Shown: positions 18,601-30,381 of the stretch, piece after piece
Numbering within the stretch: position 1 is the stretch's first letter
How the letters are laid out: the number at the start of each line of letters is the position of its first letter
NCBI GenBank assembly: GCA_964492025.1
Contig: CAZBHR010000002.1
Coordinates: forward strand, 106,568-170,567
Source: an uncultured Spirochaetia bacterium
Lineage (GTDB): Bacteria > Spirochaetota > Spirochaetia > CAZBHR01
Reading direction: 5' to 3'
Length of the DNA stretch: 64,000 nt
The notes under the pieces: generated by a model
Seen by the model: the letters and a program-made list of their open reading frames with translations, nothing else
Database searches by the model: none
Told to the model about the DNA's origin: nothing
Translations under genes and position numbers: made by a program

Positions 18601-19405
18601 AAAGAAATTAATTGTTCATATTGTACTATGTTTAGGATCTTTGGTTATGGTGGCACCCTTTATTTGGATGGTATTAACATCATTTAAAACGCTCTATGAG
18701 GCAATGCTTATTCCTCCTACATTTTTTCCCGAATCATTCTCTTTTGATAATTACAGAAAAGCTTTTATTGCTCTTCCTATTATTCGCCTTTATGCAAACA
18801 CCTTTACAATGATTGGAATTCGACTGCTCACATCCACACTGTTTTCTGCTATGGCGGCATATGCTTTTGCAAGGATCATCTTTCCAGGGAGGACTTTTCT
18901 GTTCTCCATTGTTTTAATGCAGTTAATGGTTCCTGCACAGCTTTTTATCATTCCACAATATCAAATTGTATATACCTTGGGGTTTGTAAATACTATATTT
19001 GCCTTAGCATTCCCTGGGCTAGTAAGTGCCTTTGGGACATTCTTACTTCGTCAATTTGCTATGGGAATCCCGGTGGAGTTAGAGGAGGCTGCAACAATTG
19101 ATGGAGCAAATCGGGGACAAGTTTTTTGGACTATTATTATGCCTCTCATGAGAACTGGATTAGTTTCATTGGGCATATTTACTGCACTCTTTGCATGGAA
19201 AGATCTTATGTGGCCTCTGATTGTAAATACAGATATTACCACTATGACTCTTTCTGCCGGACTTGCCACACTGATGGGGCAGTTTTTAAAAGATTATCCT
19301 GTTCTTATGGCTGGTTCTGTAGTAGCTATTATACCTATGGTTGTAATTTTTATGACCTTTCAAAAATATTTTATACAAGGAATAGCCCTAACAGGGGTTA
19401 AGTAG
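18593..19405 (+). CDS. Sugar ABC transporter permease (MalG/AmyC-like)
   Basis: 270 aa, EAA loop (EEAATIDGANRGQVFWTIIMPL), 8-nt overlap with the upstream permease. Confidence 0.75.
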   Translation: MDKKKLIVHIVLCLGSLVMVAPFIWMVLTSFKTLYEAMLIPPTFFPESFSFDNYRKAFIALPIIRLYANTFTMIGIRLLTSTLFSAMAAYAFARIIFPGRTFLFSIVLMQLMVPAQLFIIPQYQIVYTLGFVNTIFALAFPGLVSAFGTFLLRQFAMGIPVELEEAATIDGANRGQVFWTIIMPLMRTGLVSLGIFTALFAWKDLMWPLIVNTDITTMTLSAGLATLMGQFLKDYPVLMAGSVVAIIPMVVIFMTFQKYFIQGIALTGVK

Positions 19406-19414
19406 GAGGATTAT

Positions 19415-20746
19415 ATGGATAAAATAACATTTATTGGAGCAGGAAGTACGGTATTTGCAAAAAATGTATTAGGAGATTGTCTCCTAACTAGTTCGTTGCA
19501 ACACTTTGAGATTGCTCTGTATGATATTGATGCTCAGAGACTGAAAGACTCTCAAAAAATGTTGGAAAATCTGAAAAAAAATATTCCAGAGTGTCAATCT
19601 AAAATTGTTTCTTATCTTGGAGTGCAAGAGCGAAAAAATGCTTTGCAAGGAGCAAAATACATTATAAATGCTATTCAGGTAGGTGGGTATGAGCCTAGTA
19701 CTGTGATTGATTTTGAGATACCCAAAAAATATAATCTCAGGCAGACTATTGGTGATACTATTGGCATTGGAGGGCTTTTTCGAGCATTGCGAACAGTCCC
19801 TGTACTCTTTGATATAGCCAAAGATATCCATGAAGTGGCACCTGATGCGTGGTTTTTAAATTATACAAACCCTATGTCTGTTCTTACTGGGGCTCTTTTG
19901 AGAAAGGGGGTGAATACTGTTGGGTTATGTCACTCTGTGCAAGTTTGTGCTGACACCCTACTCAAGGGAGTTGGTTTTCGGGACGTTAAAAAATTACGAT
20001 GGGAGATTGCCGGAATCAACCATCAAGGGTGGTTACTTACACTCAAAGAGGGGAGTAAAGACTTATATCCAGAAATAAAAGTTTTAGCAGAAGAGAAAAA
20101 TCGTATTGCCCGTATGCCGGGTAATGAAAAACATGATGATATGATTCGGTTTGAGATGATGAAACAGTTTGGGTACTATCTTACAGAGTCATCTGAACAT
20201 AGTGCTGAATATATGCCATATTGGATCAAGTCAAATTATCCAGAACTTATTGAGGAGTTTAATATACCCTTAGACGAGTATCCGCGCCGCTGTGTGGAAC
20301 AGATTTCAAAGTGGAGTAATCAACGAGAACAGTTGGTTCAAAATAAAAATTTAACTCATGAAAGAACTTCTGAATACGGATCCTACATTTTGGAAGCTAT
20401 GGAAACGAATATCCCGGCATCAATTGGAGGCAATGTACTTAATCAAGGTGTTATCACAAATCTTCCAGATAAAGCCATTGTTGAAGTTTTGTGTACTGTA
20501 GATAGTAATGGTGTTCATCCTACCTATGTTGGAGACTTGCCTGAACAGTGTGCGGCACTCAATAGAACACATGTAAATGTGCATTTATTAACACTTGAGG
20601 CTGCCTTTACTCAAAAGCGAGATTATATTTATCAAGCTGCCATGCTTGACCCTCACACATCAAGTGAGCTTTCTATTGATCATATTAGGTCACTTTGTGA
20701 TGATCTCATTGAAGCACATGGAGATATGTTACCTAGGTATAAATAG
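19415..20746 (+). CDS. melA: Alpha-galactosidase, glycoside hydrolase family 4
   Basis: 443 aa. N-terminal NAD-binding motif KITFIGAGSTVFAKNVLGD; strongly conserved GH4 core (GLCHSVQ, LNYTNPM, EHSAEYMPYWIK, GDLPEQCAALNRT). Confidence 0.85.
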   Translation: MDKITFIGAGSTVFAKNVLGDCLLTSSLQHFEIALYDIDAQRLKDSQKMLENLKKNIPECQSKIVSYLGVQERKNALQGAKYIINAIQVGGYEPSTVIDFEIPKKYNLRQTIGDTIGIGGLFRALRTVPVLFDIAKDIHEVAPDAWFLNYTNPMSVLTGALLRKGVNTVGLCHSVQVCADTLLKGVGFRDVKKLRWEIAGINHQGWLLTLKEGSKDLYPEIKVLAEEKNRIARMPGNEKHDDMIRFEMMKQFGYYLTESSEHSAEYMPYWIKSNYPELIEEFNIPLDEYPRRCVEQISKWSNQREQLVQNKNLTHERTSEYGSYILEAMETNIPASIGGNVLNQGVITNLPDKAIVEVLCTVDSNGVHPTYVGDLPEQCAALNRTHVNVHLLTLEAAFTQKRDYIYQAAMLDPHTSSELSIDHIRSLCDDLIEAHGDMLPRYK

Positions 20747-20754
20747 TTAAAGAG

Positions 20755-20784
20755 GGAAAAGGTCTTTGACCTTTTCCTTTTTCT
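20755..20784 (+). terminator. Intrinsic terminator after melA
   Basis: Perfect 10-bp stem GGAAAAGGTC / GACCTTTTCC (20755-20777) with a 3-nt loop, followed by a T-rich tract (TTTTTCTTCCC). Confidence 0.5.
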
Positions 20785-20807
20785 TCCCATAGAGTATACT
20801 TGCTCCT

Positions 20808-21866
20808 ATGAAGAGTGAGGATATCGCCCGATTAGCTGGCGTTTCAAGAGGCACGGTCTCTCGAGTTATTAATGGCAAACCCGATGTTTCTGAAAAAACG
20901 CGTCAGAAAATTCAGCAGATTATTAAGGAGCATAACTATGTTCCTGATCAGTCTGCTCGTAAGCTAGTTGGAAAAACACCACAGGTATTGGGTCTTTTTA
21001 TTAGAAATAGGATGCCACTGTATAAAGATAACCTTATTCCTTGGAGTAGTCATGAAATTCCTTATTTTGGATCTCTCATTTTATCTGTTATTAGTGAGGC
21101 TAAAGTTCATGGGTATACGGTAATGGTTTCCATTATCAATAGCCATAAGGATAAGGAAGATATGATATCTCTTTTTCGTTCTGGTACAATTGCAGGAGGT
21201 GTGCTCTTAGGGTTTTCTGAGAATGTTTTGCAGGTAGAGCATATTATTCAAGAGGGTTTTCCTGTTGCTTTGATTGACCAAAAGAGAGAAGATGAACATC
21301 CAAATGTTATATTGAGTAATGTGGATGACTTTACAGGTGGCTATATGGCTACAAAGTATTTGATTGATAATGGACATGTTAACATTGCTCATGTGTGTGG
21401 AAATCTTCATATTGTATCAGCTCAACTTCGGAAAGAGGGGTATATTCAGTGCCTTTTAGATCATAATATTGCAGTGTGTGATGAGTGGATTGTAGAGGGG
21501 GAGTATGATGAGCATATGAGTTATGAGGTTTCGAAAGAGCTTTTTATATGCTCTCAGCAAAAAAACACACCGCCACCGACTGCTATATTTTTTGCCAATG
21601 ACATTATGGCTGTTGGTGGGTGTCGTTCTTTCTCTGAATTGGGACTTCGTGTTCCCCAGGATATCTCTTTTATTGGGTATGATGGGTATCCCTTAGATTG
21701 GGTTATGGGTAAAACCTTTAGTTCCGTGAAATCATCTCTTGATAAACTTGGTGCATTTGGCGTACGTGGGTTAGTAGAATATATTCAAAATCGTATATCA
21801 TCTCCTGCACATAAGGAGCAACCAGAGCTCATTTTGGGAGCTTCTGTTAGGAATCTTTCTTTGTAA
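20808..21866 (+). CDS. LacI-family transcriptional regulator
   Basis: 352 aa. N-terminal helix-turn-helix (IARLAGVSRGTVSRVINGKP) and C-terminal periplasmic-binding-protein-like effector domain. Confidence 0.75.
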   Translation: MKSEDIARLAGVSRGTVSRVINGKPDVSEKTRQKIQQIIKEHNYVPDQSARKLVGKTPQVLGLFIRNRMPLYKDNLIPWSSHEIPYFGSLILSVISEAKVHGYTVMVSIINSHKDKEDMISLFRSGTIAGGVLLGFSENVLQVEHIIQEGFPVALIDQKREDEHPNVILSNVDDFTGGYMATKYLIDNGHVNIAHVCGNLHIVSAQLRKEGYIQCLLDHNIAVCDEWIVEGEYDEHMSYEVSKELFICSQQKNTPPPTAIFFANDIMAVGGCRSFSELGLRVPQDISFIGYDGYPLDWVMGKTFSSVKSSLDKLGAFGVRGLVEYIQNRISSPAHKEQPELILGASVRNLSL

Positions 21867-21943
21867 GTTAATCCTCTGTCTTAATATTCTCACTTGAGAC
21901 TTCTTGGAATTCGGAGTATAGTGCCTAAAAGTTGAGGGATAAG

Positions 21944-24900
21944 ATGAGTAAACCACATATACGAGAGGAGTTATCACGGCGAATTTTATTACTTGATGGT
22001 GCCATGGGTACCATGATTCAGGAGTATGCTTTAGAGGAGACAGACTTTCGGAGTGATGATATGCCTCTTCTTGCAGAGAGTGAGATAGACCTTAAGGGGA
22101 ATAATGATCTCCTTTCCCTTACGAGACCCAATGTTATTCAAGGCATTCACGCCCAGTTTCTAGAATCCGGTGCAGATATTATTACTACAAACACCTTCAA
22201 TAGCACTTCCATTGTTCAGAGTGATTATCACACTGAGTCGCTTGTATATGAATTAAACCGATCTTCTGCACACCTAGCTAGGGTTGTAGCAGATAATTTT
22301 ACCCAAAAAAATCCTCAAAAGCCACGGTATGTAGCTGGATCTATTGGGCCTACAAATAAAACACTTTCACTCTCTCCTGATGTGAATGATCCTGGGTATA
22401 GGGCTGTCTCTTTTGTTGAGATGAAGGAGTCATATAGGGAGCAAATTACTGGTTTGCTTGATGGGGGAGTGGATCTTTTTCTTATAGAGACTGTTTTTGA
22501 TACGCTTAATGCTAAAGCTGCCATCTATGCAATACTGGAGGAAGGAGAATGTCGAGGTATAGATATTCCCATTATGGTTTCTGGAACCATTGCCGATGCC
22601 AGTGGGAGAACCCTTGCGGGGCAAACTCTTGAAGCCTTTATTATATCATTAAGTCATGTGAATCTGTTGAGTATTGGACTAAACTGCTCATTAGGAGCAC
22701 AAGAGCTGAGACCCTATGTACAGGAGTTATCTGAAAAAGCTCCTTTTTACACAAGTGTACACCCAAATGCGGGACTTCCTAACCAGTTTGGAGCGTATGA
22801 TGAAACTCCTGAAGAGATGGCTCTTCTGGTAAAGGAGTTTATTGATAACCGGTTTGTGAATATTGTTGGAGGGTGCTGTGGAACTACTCCCGAGCATATT
22901 CGTCAATTCTCACAGCTCCTAGAGGGTTCTTCCCCTCGAATACCCGTAGAGAGGGATGGCTTAACTCGTATAAGTGGGTTGGAACCTCTGGTTATTACTT
23001 CTCAGACAAATTTTGTAAACATTGGAGAGCGATGTAATGTTGCGGGGTCTCGAAAGTTTGCCCGTTTAATTAGGGAAGAGAAATATGAAGAGGCTCTCTC
23101 TATTGCCCGAAGCCAGGTTGAGAATGGTGCTCAGGTGATTGATGTAAATTTAGATGATGGTATGTTGGATGCAAAAAAGGAGATGGGCAAATTTCTGAAT
23201 CTTCTTATGTCGGAACCGGAGATTGCAAAACTCCCTGTTATGATAGACTCATCATCTTGGGATGTTATTGAGTGTGGTCTTCAGTCTATCCAAGGGAAGG
23301 GGATTGTAAATTCCATAAGCCTTAAGGAGGGAGAGTCACGGTTTCTTGAGCTGGGTTCTCTGATTAAGCGATATGGAGCTGCTGTTGTGGTAATGGCATT
23401 TGATGAAGAGGGACAGGCTGACACCTTTGAACGACGTATATCTATCTGTGAACGGGGATATAATCTGTTAACCGATAGCCTTAATTTCCCCCCAGAGGAT
23501 ATTATTTTTGATCCAAATATTTTAGCTATTGGAACTGGTATAGAAGATCATAATGGGTATGGAATAGATTTTATTAAATCTGTTGAGTGGATAAAAAAGA
23601 ATCTTCCCTACGCTAAAACGAGTGGGGGCGTGAGCAATATATCCTTCTCCTTTCGAGGAAATAATCCTATTCGAGAGGCTATTCACTCGGTATTTCTTTA
23701 CCATGCTATTCAGGCTGGTCTTGATATGGGTATAGTGAATCCCGGAATGCTTCAGGTGTATGATGAGATTCCAGCACAGTTTTTAGCGTATACCGAAGAT
23801 CTTGTACTGAATCGCTGTGCCCATGCAACGGAGCAGCTCTTAGACTTTGCAGAACAGCTTGCACCTCAAAGCTCATCAGCAGCTACTGTTGAGGAGTGGA
23901 GAACAGGGAGTGTTGAGAAGCGGTTAGAATACGCCCTTGTGAAAGGGATTGTTGAGCATTTGGAGGAAGACTTACAGGAGGCTCTACCTCTGTATCAGCG
24001 TGGGTTACACATTATTGAGCAACCCCTTATGAGTGGAATGAACCTTGTGGGGGATCTCTTTGGTGAAGGAAAAATGTTTCTCCCCCAGGTGATTAAGTCT
24101 GCTCGGGTTATGAAAAAGGCGGTGGAGTTTTTACTCCCGTATATAGAAAAAGATAAGGAGCTGTATAAACAGCAGGAGAGTGTAAAAAAGAAGGTGCTTC
24201 TGGCCACGGTGAAGGGAGATGTCCACGACATTGGAAAGAATATTATATCCATTGTGTTAGAGTGTAATAATTACACCGTTATTGATATGGGAGTCATGGT
24301 ATCTACACAGGATATTCTTGAAAGAGCGGTTGCAGAGCAGGTTGATATTATTGGACTAAGTGGTCTTATTACCCCATCGCTTGACGTTATGGTAGGCGTT
24401 GCTACAGAGATGGAGCGACGTTCAATTCATATTCCTTTACTCATAGGTGGAGCCACCGCCTCAAAGGTGCATACTGCGGTAAAAATTGCACCCCTCTGCT
24501 CATTTCCTGTGGTATATGTAAAAGATGCTGGGCAGGCGGTATCTGTGGTGACAAAGTTGGTCTCTGGTGATACATCTTTTATTGATGGTCTTAAAGAGGA
24601 GTACCGTGATATAGAGCAGATATATAGCAAAAGAAAGGAACCAACCTATCTATCATTTGAAGAAGCCCAGAGTAAGAAACTTCAGATTGATTGGGATAAC
24701 TATACCATTCCTCAACCTAAGAGAACAGGAGTGTTCTCTATTCATGGTGTAACAGTTAAGGATCTCATTCCCTATATTGATTGGACCTATTTTTTCTCTG
24801 CATGGGAGCTTAGAGGATCCTATCCAGAAATTCTTGAAGATCCTAAACAGGGGGAGCAAGCACGGTCCCTTTTTGCTGATGCCAAAAGAATGCTCACAGA

Positions 24901-25609
24901 TATTACTGAGAAGGATATGTTACAGCCTGCTGGATCCTTTGGTATTTGGTCTGCCCAGTCTGATGGAAATGATATTATTCTCTATGAAGATAACACGTTG
25001 GATGATGAGGTTGGGCGGTTCTACCATATACGACAGCAAGAGCAGCGAGAGAGTGGTTTACCAAACATATCACTTGCGGACTTTGTGTTGCCTAAAAATC
25101 AGGAGAAAACTGATTACTGTGGAGCCTTTGTACTTACCACAGGTGTTGGTATTGAAAAGTGGATAGATACGTACAAGAGTGATGCCGATGATTACGGTGC
25201 TATTATGCTTGAAATTCTTGCAGATAGATTGGTTGAGGCGTTTGCTGAGTTTTTTCATACAACCATATATCCACAATACTGGGAGCCATTGGTACCTGCA
25301 TCCTCAGAAGAGGGTGTTATGGGCATACGTCCCGCTATTGGTTACCCTGTGTGCCCGGATCACTCAGAGAAGGGGAGTATTTTTACTCTTCTTAAGGCCG
25401 AATCCTTAGGTGTGAAGCTTTCAGAACACTACGCGATGCACCCCCATGCTACTGTTTGCGGACAACTCTATATGCACCCGCAGGCTCAGTATTTTACGGT
25501 TGGATCTATATCTCAGGATCAGGTAGAGTCCTATGCTCGGCGGAAGGGTGTTTCTGTTGAGTATGTAGAGAAGTTTTTATCAAAAAACTTGAATTATCGG
25601 AAAAAGTAA
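21944..25609 (+). CDS. metH: Cobalamin-dependent methionine synthase
   Basis: About 1220 aa with homocysteine-binding, pterin-binding, B12-binding (DVHDIGKN) and AdoMet-activation domains. Start set to ATG 21944 (GAGGGA upstream) rather than TTG 21932. Confidence 0.9.
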   Translation: MSKPHIREELSRRILLLDGAMGTMIQEYALEETDFRSDDMPLLAESEIDLKGNNDLLSLTRPNVIQGIHAQFLESGADIITTNTFNSTSIVQSDYHTESLVYELNRSSAHLARVVADNFTQKNPQKPRYVAGSIGPTNKTLSLSPDVNDPGYRAVSFVEMKESYREQITGLLDGGVDLFLIETVFDTLNAKAAIYAILEEGECRGIDIPIMVSGTIADASGRTLAGQTLEAFIISLSHVNLLSIGLNCSLGAQELRPYVQELSEKAPFYTSVHPNAGLPNQFGAYDETPEEMALLVKEFIDNRFVNIVGGCCGTTPEHIRQFSQLLEGSSPRIPVERDGLTRISGLEPLVITSQTNFVNIGERCNVAGSRKFARLIREEKYEEALSIARSQVENGAQVIDVNLDDGMLDAKKEMGKFLNLLMSEPEIAKLPVMIDSSSWDVIECGLQSIQGKGIVNSISLKEGESRFLELGSLIKRYGAAVVVMAFDEEGQADTFERRISICERGYNLLTDSLNFPPEDIIFDPNILAIGTGIEDHNGYGIDFIKSVEWIKKNLPYAKTSGGVSNISFSFRGNNPIREAIHSVFLYHAIQAGLDMGIVNPGMLQVYDEIPAQFLAYTEDLVLNRCAHATEQLLDFAEQLAPQSSSAATVEEWRTGSVEKRLEYALVKGIVEHLEEDLQEALPLYQRGLHIIEQPLMSGMNLVGDLFGEGKMFLPQVIKSARVMKKAVEFLLPYIEKDKELYKQQESVKKKVLLATVKGDVHDIGKNIISIVLECNNYTVIDMGVMVSTQDILERAVAEQVDIIGLSGLITPSLDVMVGVATEMERRSIHIPLLIGGATASKVHTAVKIAPLCSFPVVYVKDAGQAVSVVTKLVSGDTSFIDGLKEEYRDIEQIYSKRKEPTYLSFEEAQSKKLQIDWDNYTIPQPKRTGVFSIHGVTVKDLIPYIDWTYFFSAWELRGSYPEILEDPKQGEQARSLFADAKRMLTDITEKDMLQPAGSFGIWSAQSDGNDIILYEDNTLDDEVGRFYHIRQQEQRESGLPNISLADFVLPKNQEKTDYCGAFVLTTGVGIEKWIDTYKSDADDYGAIMLEILADRLVEAFAEFFHTTIYPQYWEPLVPASSEEGVMGIRPAIGYPVCPDHSEKGSIFTLLKAESLGVKLSEHYAMHPHATVCGQLYMHPQAQYFTVGSISQDQVESYARRKGVSVEYVEKFLSKNLNYRKK

Positions 25610-25665
25610 GATCCTAGGGTTTTTCTTAGCAAGAAAAATCGATACCATCTTATAAAGAGAAACAT

Positions 25666-26619
25666 ATGAAAGTAACAGATATTCTTAAAAATAATAATAA
25701 AACGGTATTTTCCTTTGAGCTTCTTCCTCCTCTTAAGGGGAATAATGCGGATAGAATTTATAGAACTATTGAGAGTTTGGTAGATTATGACCCAAAGTAC
25801 ATTAATATTACCACCCACCGAGATGAGGTGGTGTATAAAGAGCTTGAAGGAGGTTCTATTGAGAAGAGGACTGTCCGAAAAAGACCCGGTACCGTAGCAA
25901 TAGCAGCCTCTATTCAGCATAAATATGGTATTCCTGTTGTTCCCCACGTATTGTGTGGCGGTTTTGATAAGAGTGAAACTGAGCATCTTCTCATTGATTT
26001 AAGTTTTCTTGGTGTGAATAATGTGCTTGCTCTTCGGGGAGATGGGGTAAAAACTGATCATGTGTTTCGAGCAAATACCGAGGGTCATGCTCACGCAAAT
26101 GAGTTGGTTGAGCAAATTACCAACCTTGGTTCTGGGAGATACTTAGAGCCAGACTTAAAAAATAATACACCCCTAGACTTCTGTGTTGGTGTTGCTGGGT
26201 ACCCTGAAAAGCACTTTGAAGCCCCCAACCTAGAAAGTGATATGGATTACCTGAAGAAAAAGGTTGATGCCGGAGCTGACTATATTGTAACACAAATGTT
26301 TTTTGATAATCAGGTGTATTACAAGTTTGTAGAAAAGTGTCGGAATGCGGGAATTACGGTACCAATTATTCCAGGAATTAAACCAATTAACTTAAAGAGC
26401 CAACTTACGGTTCTCCCAAAAATCTTTCATATCGATCTACCTCAGGATTTGGTAGTTGAATTAGAGCGATGTAAAAACAATGATGATGCAAGATTGGTGG
26501 GAACAGAGTGGGCTATTTATCAGTCTAAGGATCTTGTAGCAAACCATGCTCCAAGCTTGCATATCTATACCTATGGAGTTTCTGATAACACTCGAAAGAT
26601 TGTTGAGGCCGTTTTTTAG
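25666..26619 (+). CDS. metF: 5,10-methylenetetrahydrofolate reductase
   Basis: 317 aa with the characteristic MetF TIM-barrel sequence; immediately downstream of metH. Confidence 0.85.
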   Translation: MKVTDILKNNNKTVFSFELLPPLKGNNADRIYRTIESLVDYDPKYINITTHRDEVVYKELEGGSIEKRTVRKRPGTVAIAASIQHKYGIPVVPHVLCGGFDKSETEHLLIDLSFLGVNNVLALRGDGVKTDHVFRANTEGHAHANELVEQITNLGSGRYLEPDLKNNTPLDFCVGVAGYPEKHFEAPNLESDMDYLKKKVDAGADYIVTQMFFDNQVYYKFVEKCRNAGITVPIIPGIKPINLKSQLTVLPKIFHIDLPQDLVVELERCKNNDDARLVGTEWAIYQSKDLVANHAPSLHIYTYGVSDNTRKIVEAVF

Positions 26620-26664
26620 TAATTTCTGCTAAGGTTAGATCTTTTTACAACAGGAAGAAACCCT

Positions 26665-27672
26665 ATGAATGAACCCCAACTTACTCCCGAGATGATAGAA
26701 GTGTTGCATATTCAAGAGGGGTTGGCAAAGAAGTACCCCCAAGCACTTGCAATGGATCTTTCAAAAGACCCCTGTGCAATGGAGCCAGAAGAGCTTACTC
26801 AGTACATGGATTCTGTGCGTAAAGACTATGAGGGTGAACGAGCTTACTGGAATCGTGGTGGGGTTCAGGTAGAAAGAATTGAAAAGAGAACCATTGTTAC
26901 CAGATACGGAGATGTTCCTGTTGAAATATTCTATCCAGTGTCCTCGAACCCTAATACCTCTCTTCCTATGATTCTCTATGCCCATGGGGGAGGGTATATT
27001 GTTGGAAGTAATAGGACTCATCATCGAATTTTACGTTCCTTCGCAGTGTATACAGGAATGATTGTTATTGGGATAGAGTACTCCTTAAGCCCTGAGGCTA
27101 AGTTTCCCCTAGCACTACATCAGTGTACCGAAGTTGCCCTTTGGGCAGCGGAAGATGGTAAGGAAATAGGAGGAGATTCCGCGGCTCTTTTTATGGCAGG
27201 AGACTCCTGTGGAGCTTCCTTATCCCTTGGTGTTGCCTTACGGCTCCGAGAGCAGGGGATGGGAAAACTTCTACGTGGCATGCTTTTATTTTACGGAGGC
27301 TATGGGTTAGAACAGTCTGAGTCACGAACATATGGTGGTTCTCAATTTGATGGGATGACACAGGATGATATAGAACTATATAACCGGCTGTTTCTTACAA
27401 AGAAGGAGGATAAGAAGCATAAGTATAACGCACTGCTTGCCAATGATTTTTCCTTAGGGCTACCTCCTGCTTGTATTCTTTGTTCTACCAATGATCCTCT
27501 GATTGATGATAACCTTGCCCTTGTTGCAAAGTATCAAGAGGCTGGTCTTGCTTATGAATACCATGAGTACAAAGGTATACTTCATGGGTTTTTACACTAC
27601 CAAGATGTGCTTCCAGAGTCGGATGATGCCCTAAAAAAAGGAGCTACCTTTTTACGGCAGCTCCTGATATAA
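26665..27672 (+). CDS. Alpha/beta-hydrolase fold esterase (HSL/Aes-like)
   Basis: 335 aa. HGGGY oxyanion-hole motif and GDSCG nucleophile elbow. Confidence 0.65.
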   Translation: MNEPQLTPEMIEVLHIQEGLAKKYPQALAMDLSKDPCAMEPEELTQYMDSVRKDYEGERAYWNRGGVQVERIEKRTIVTRYGDVPVEIFYPVSSNPNTSLPMILYAHGGGYIVGSNRTHHRILRSFAVYTGMIVIGIEYSLSPEAKFPLALHQCTEVALWAAEDGKEIGGDSAALFMAGDSCGASLSLGVALRLREQGMGKLLRGMLLFYGGYGLEQSESRTYGGSQFDGMTQDDIELYNRLFLTKKEDKKHKYNALLANDFSLGLPPACILCSTNDPLIDDNLALVAKYQEAGLAYEYHEYKGILHGFLHYQDVLPESDDALKKGATFLRQLLI

Positions 27673-27684
27673 AGTTGTACTCAT

Positions 27685-28776
27685 CTAGGATTTTTTAAGG
27701 TATTTCTTTGTATCTAGGGATACGGCAGTTACAATAATTACACCCTTAATAATGTACTGAAAGTTCTGGTCTAAACCAATAAAGGTCATTCCATAACTAA
27801 TAATAGTAAACATTAAAACTCCCACAATAGCTCCTGATATTTTCCCAATCCCTCCACTAAAGGATATTCCTCCTACAACACATGCTGCAATAGCATCAAG
27901 TTCATACCCAAAACCGGTTCCATTGTTGGCACTTCCAATTCTGGCGGCTTCAAGAAATCCACCAAGTCCATAAAGAACTCCTGCAAGAATATATACTAGC
28001 ACGGTAACAGTCATAATGTTAATTCCAGAAACCTTTGCTGCCTCTGGGTTGCCTCCTACGGCGTACATATTTTTTCCAAAAACTGTTTTATTCCAAAGTA
28101 CCCACATTACCATGCTGGTTACTGCTGCAATAATAACGAGGTTTGGTATTCCTAGGGTGTTTCCAATTACAAAGTTTGTATAGTTTTCCGCATGTCCCCC
28201 TATTGGTTGTGGTCCTGGAGCTCCAGATGCAAAATAGATAGAGAGAATACCATACAGAGTAATCATCATTCCCATAGTTGCGAGGAATGGGTGAATCTTA
28301 AACTTTGCTACCACAAATCCGTTTATCGCACTAAAGAGTGCACACACCGCCATAGCAATAAGCATGGGAACAATAAGGGGTAGGGCAACAAGGTCTGGGT
28401 AAAACCGTGCTGCGTAGTCTGGTCTCTGTAAAAGGGAGGCCGAAATCACTGCAGCAAACCCAACAGACCGTCCTAGTGAAAGATCTGTTCCTTGCAAAAT
28501 AATAATTCCCGCAACTCCAAGGGCCAAAATAAGACGCACCGAAGATTGGGTTAATATGTTGGTAAATACGGCCCAGTTAAACCCTACCGTAGGCCTTTGT
28601 CGAATAATAAAGGAGGGGTCTTTAATAATAATAGCTAAGATAATAACTGCTAAAACAATATAAATGGCATTTCTGATACCAAATTCCTGCCACTCCACCT
28701 TAGTTTTTGGAGGTTTCCATGTTGGTTTCACTCTCCTCCAGCCTTTCTGTATTATGTTTGAAAAATGTATACTCAT
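27685..28776 (-). CDS. mglC: Galactose/glucose ABC transporter permease
   Basis: 363 aa polytopic membrane protein, 4-nt overlap with the ATPase gene, last gene of a binding-protein/ATPase/permease operon. Confidence 0.7.
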   Translation of the reverse strand: MSIHFSNIIQKGWRRVKPTWKPPKTKVEWQEFGIRNAIYIVLAVIILAIIIKDPSFIIRQRPTVGFNWAVFTNILTQSSVRLILALGVAGIIILQGTDLSLGRSVGFAAVISASLLQRPDYAARFYPDLVALPLIVPMLIAMAVCALFSAINGFVVAKFKIHPFLATMGMMITLYGILSIYFASGAPGPQPIGGHAENYTNFVIGNTLGIPNLVIIAAVTSMVMWVLWNKTVFGKNMYAVGGNPEAAKVSGINIMTVTVLVYILAGVLYGLGGFLEAARIGSANNGTGFGYELDAIAACVVGGISFSGGIGKISGAIVGVLMFTIISYGMTFIGLDQNFQYIIKGVIIVTAVSLDTKKYLKKS

Positions 28777-30293
28777 GCTTCCGCCTCTTTTGTATTATTA
28801 AGATATTTTGCAGAGAGGTGAAAAATCTCCTCCTGGGTGGTTGAATCGGTATCTACAATACCCGCAATTCTTCCGTTACTCATAGCTATTATTCGGTTGG
28901 TAATTCCTAGAAGTTCTACCATTTCCGAAGATACCACAATAACCGATTTACCACGTTTTGCGAGGTCTATAATCAGTTGATATATTTCGTATTTTGCTCC
29001 CACATCAATTCCTCTCGTAGGTTCGTCAAGAAGAAGAATGTCGGGATCTGTAAGAAGCCAGCGTCCAATAATAACTTTCTGCTGGTTACCTCCACTTAAG
29101 TTTCGAATCTGCTCTTTCTTATGGGGGGTCTTAATTCTCATGTTTTTAATCTGTGTATCGGTATCCCTCTTCATCTTTCTATTCTGAAGGAGCCGTGTGG
29201 GGCCTCTATACGCCTCAATATTGGCTATACATGAGTTAAAGGTAATATCTGCTACGGGATAAATCCCTGTCTCTCTACGCTCCTCAGTTAGTAGGGCAAA
29301 GTGGTTACGAATAGCTTTGTGGGGTTCACTATTATTGATTTTTTTACCGTCAATAAAGATCTCCCCAGAAAGCAAAGTTCTTGCTCCAAAGAGAGCCTCT
29401 ACCATCTCAGTTCGTCCGGCCCCCACTAGCCCTGCAACCCCAAGAATCTCTCCCTTACGGAGATCAAAGGACACATCCTTTACCTGAGGCTCATATTTGG
29501 TAGTAAGGTTTTTTACACGCATGTGAACCTCTCCTGGGGTGTTATCCTTTGGGGGAAACCAGTGACTGAGATCTCTTCCTACCATCATTTGAACAATCTT
29601 TTCCATGGTAAGATTTTCTACGGTATCCGTTCCTATGTACTCTCCATCTCGTAGTACGGTTACCTCATCGGATATGGCAAAAATTTCATCCATTTTGTGG
29701 GATATATACACAATTCCCACACCTTGTCCTTTCAGGACTTCAATAATTTGAAAAAGCTTGGCTACCTCATTTTCTGTTAATGAGGAGGTAGGTTCATCTA
29801 GGACAATAATTTTTGCATCATAAGAGACTGCTCTTGCAATCTCTACCATCTGTCTTTGAGATACCGACAGGTGGTGTAGGGGAGTTTTTGGATCAACCTG
29901 AATATCAAGCTTATCAAAGAGCTCCTGAGTATTTTTGTGCATCTCTGATTCGTTTACAAAGAATCCCTTTTTGGGGTACCGCCCCAGCCAAATGTTATCA
30001 CTAATAGTTCTCTGTACCACCTGATTGAGTTCTTGATGAACCATAGAAACACCCTGCTCAAGGGCGTGCTTTGGATCGGAAAAATTAAACTGTTTTCCAT
30101 TCAGAAAGAATGTTCCCTGATCCTGCTTGTACATTCCAAATAAGCATTTCATAAGAGTGGATTTTCCCGCTCCATTTTCACCCATAAGGGAGTGTACTGT
30201 CCCTGGGCGTACATTTAGTGAGACGTGTTTTAATACCTTTACTCCCGAAAAGGCTTTACAAACATCTTTAATTTCTAAGGCGTATTCTGCCAC
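28773..30293 (-). CDS. mglA: Galactose/glucose ABC transporter ATP-binding protein (tandem nucleotide-binding domains)
   Basis: 506 aa, two Walker A motifs and signature motifs ([17 protein letters not shown]); N-terminus [15 protein letters not shown]. Confidence 0.8.
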   Translation of the reverse strand: MAEYALEIKDVCKAFSGVKVLKHVSLNVRPGTVHSLMGENGAGKSTLMKCLFGMYKQDQGTFFLNGKQFNFSDPKHALEQGVSMVHQELNQVVQRTISDNIWLGRYPKKGFFVNESEMHKNTQELFDKLDIQVDPKTPLHHLSVSQRQMVEIARAVSYDAKIIVLDEPTSSLTENEVAKLFQIIEVLKGQGVGIVYISHKMDEIFAISDEVTVLRDGEYIGTDTVENLTMEKIVQMMVGRDLSHWFPPKDNTPGEVHMRVKNLTTKYEPQVKDVSFDLRKGEILGVAGLVGAGRTEMVEALFGARTLLSGEIFIDGKKINNSEPHKAIRNHFALLTEERRETGIYPVADITFNSCIANIEAYRGPTRLLQNRKMKRDTDTQIKNMRIKTPHKKEQIRNLSGGNQQKVIIGRWLLTDPDILLLDEPTRGIDVGAKYEIYQLIIDLAKRGKSVIVVSSEMVELLGITNRIIAMSNGRIAGIVDTDSTTQEEIFHLSAKYLNNTKEAEA

Positions 30294-30344
30294 AATGTTC
30301 TCCTTCTATATGATTGTTCAATAGCTTACACCGCAAAGGGTGAA

Positions 30345-30363
30345 GCCCTGCAAAAAGCAGGGC
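30345..30363 (-). terminator. Intercistronic stem-loop between mglB and mglA
   Basis: GCCCTGC / GCAGGGC with a 5-nt loop, located in the 88-nt gap after the binding-protein gene; no clean U tract follows. Confidence 0.35.
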
Positions 30364-30381
30364 CTGTACCTTTATGTGTTA

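Noticed and set aside
20755-20777. The 10-bp perfect inverted repeat after melA considered as a LacI-family operator.
   Set aside because: It lies downstream of the stop codon, has a 3-nt loop and is followed by a T-rich tract. This fits an intrinsic terminator better than an operator, which would be expected at the operon promoter (see the 28-bp palindrome at 16383-16410).
27673-27684. Only a 12-nt gap between the convergent esterase and mglC stop codons, considered as evidence of a mis-called gene end.
   Set aside because: Both C-termini read cleanly to their stops, and convergent genes with minimal spacing are common. No alternative frame gives a better model.
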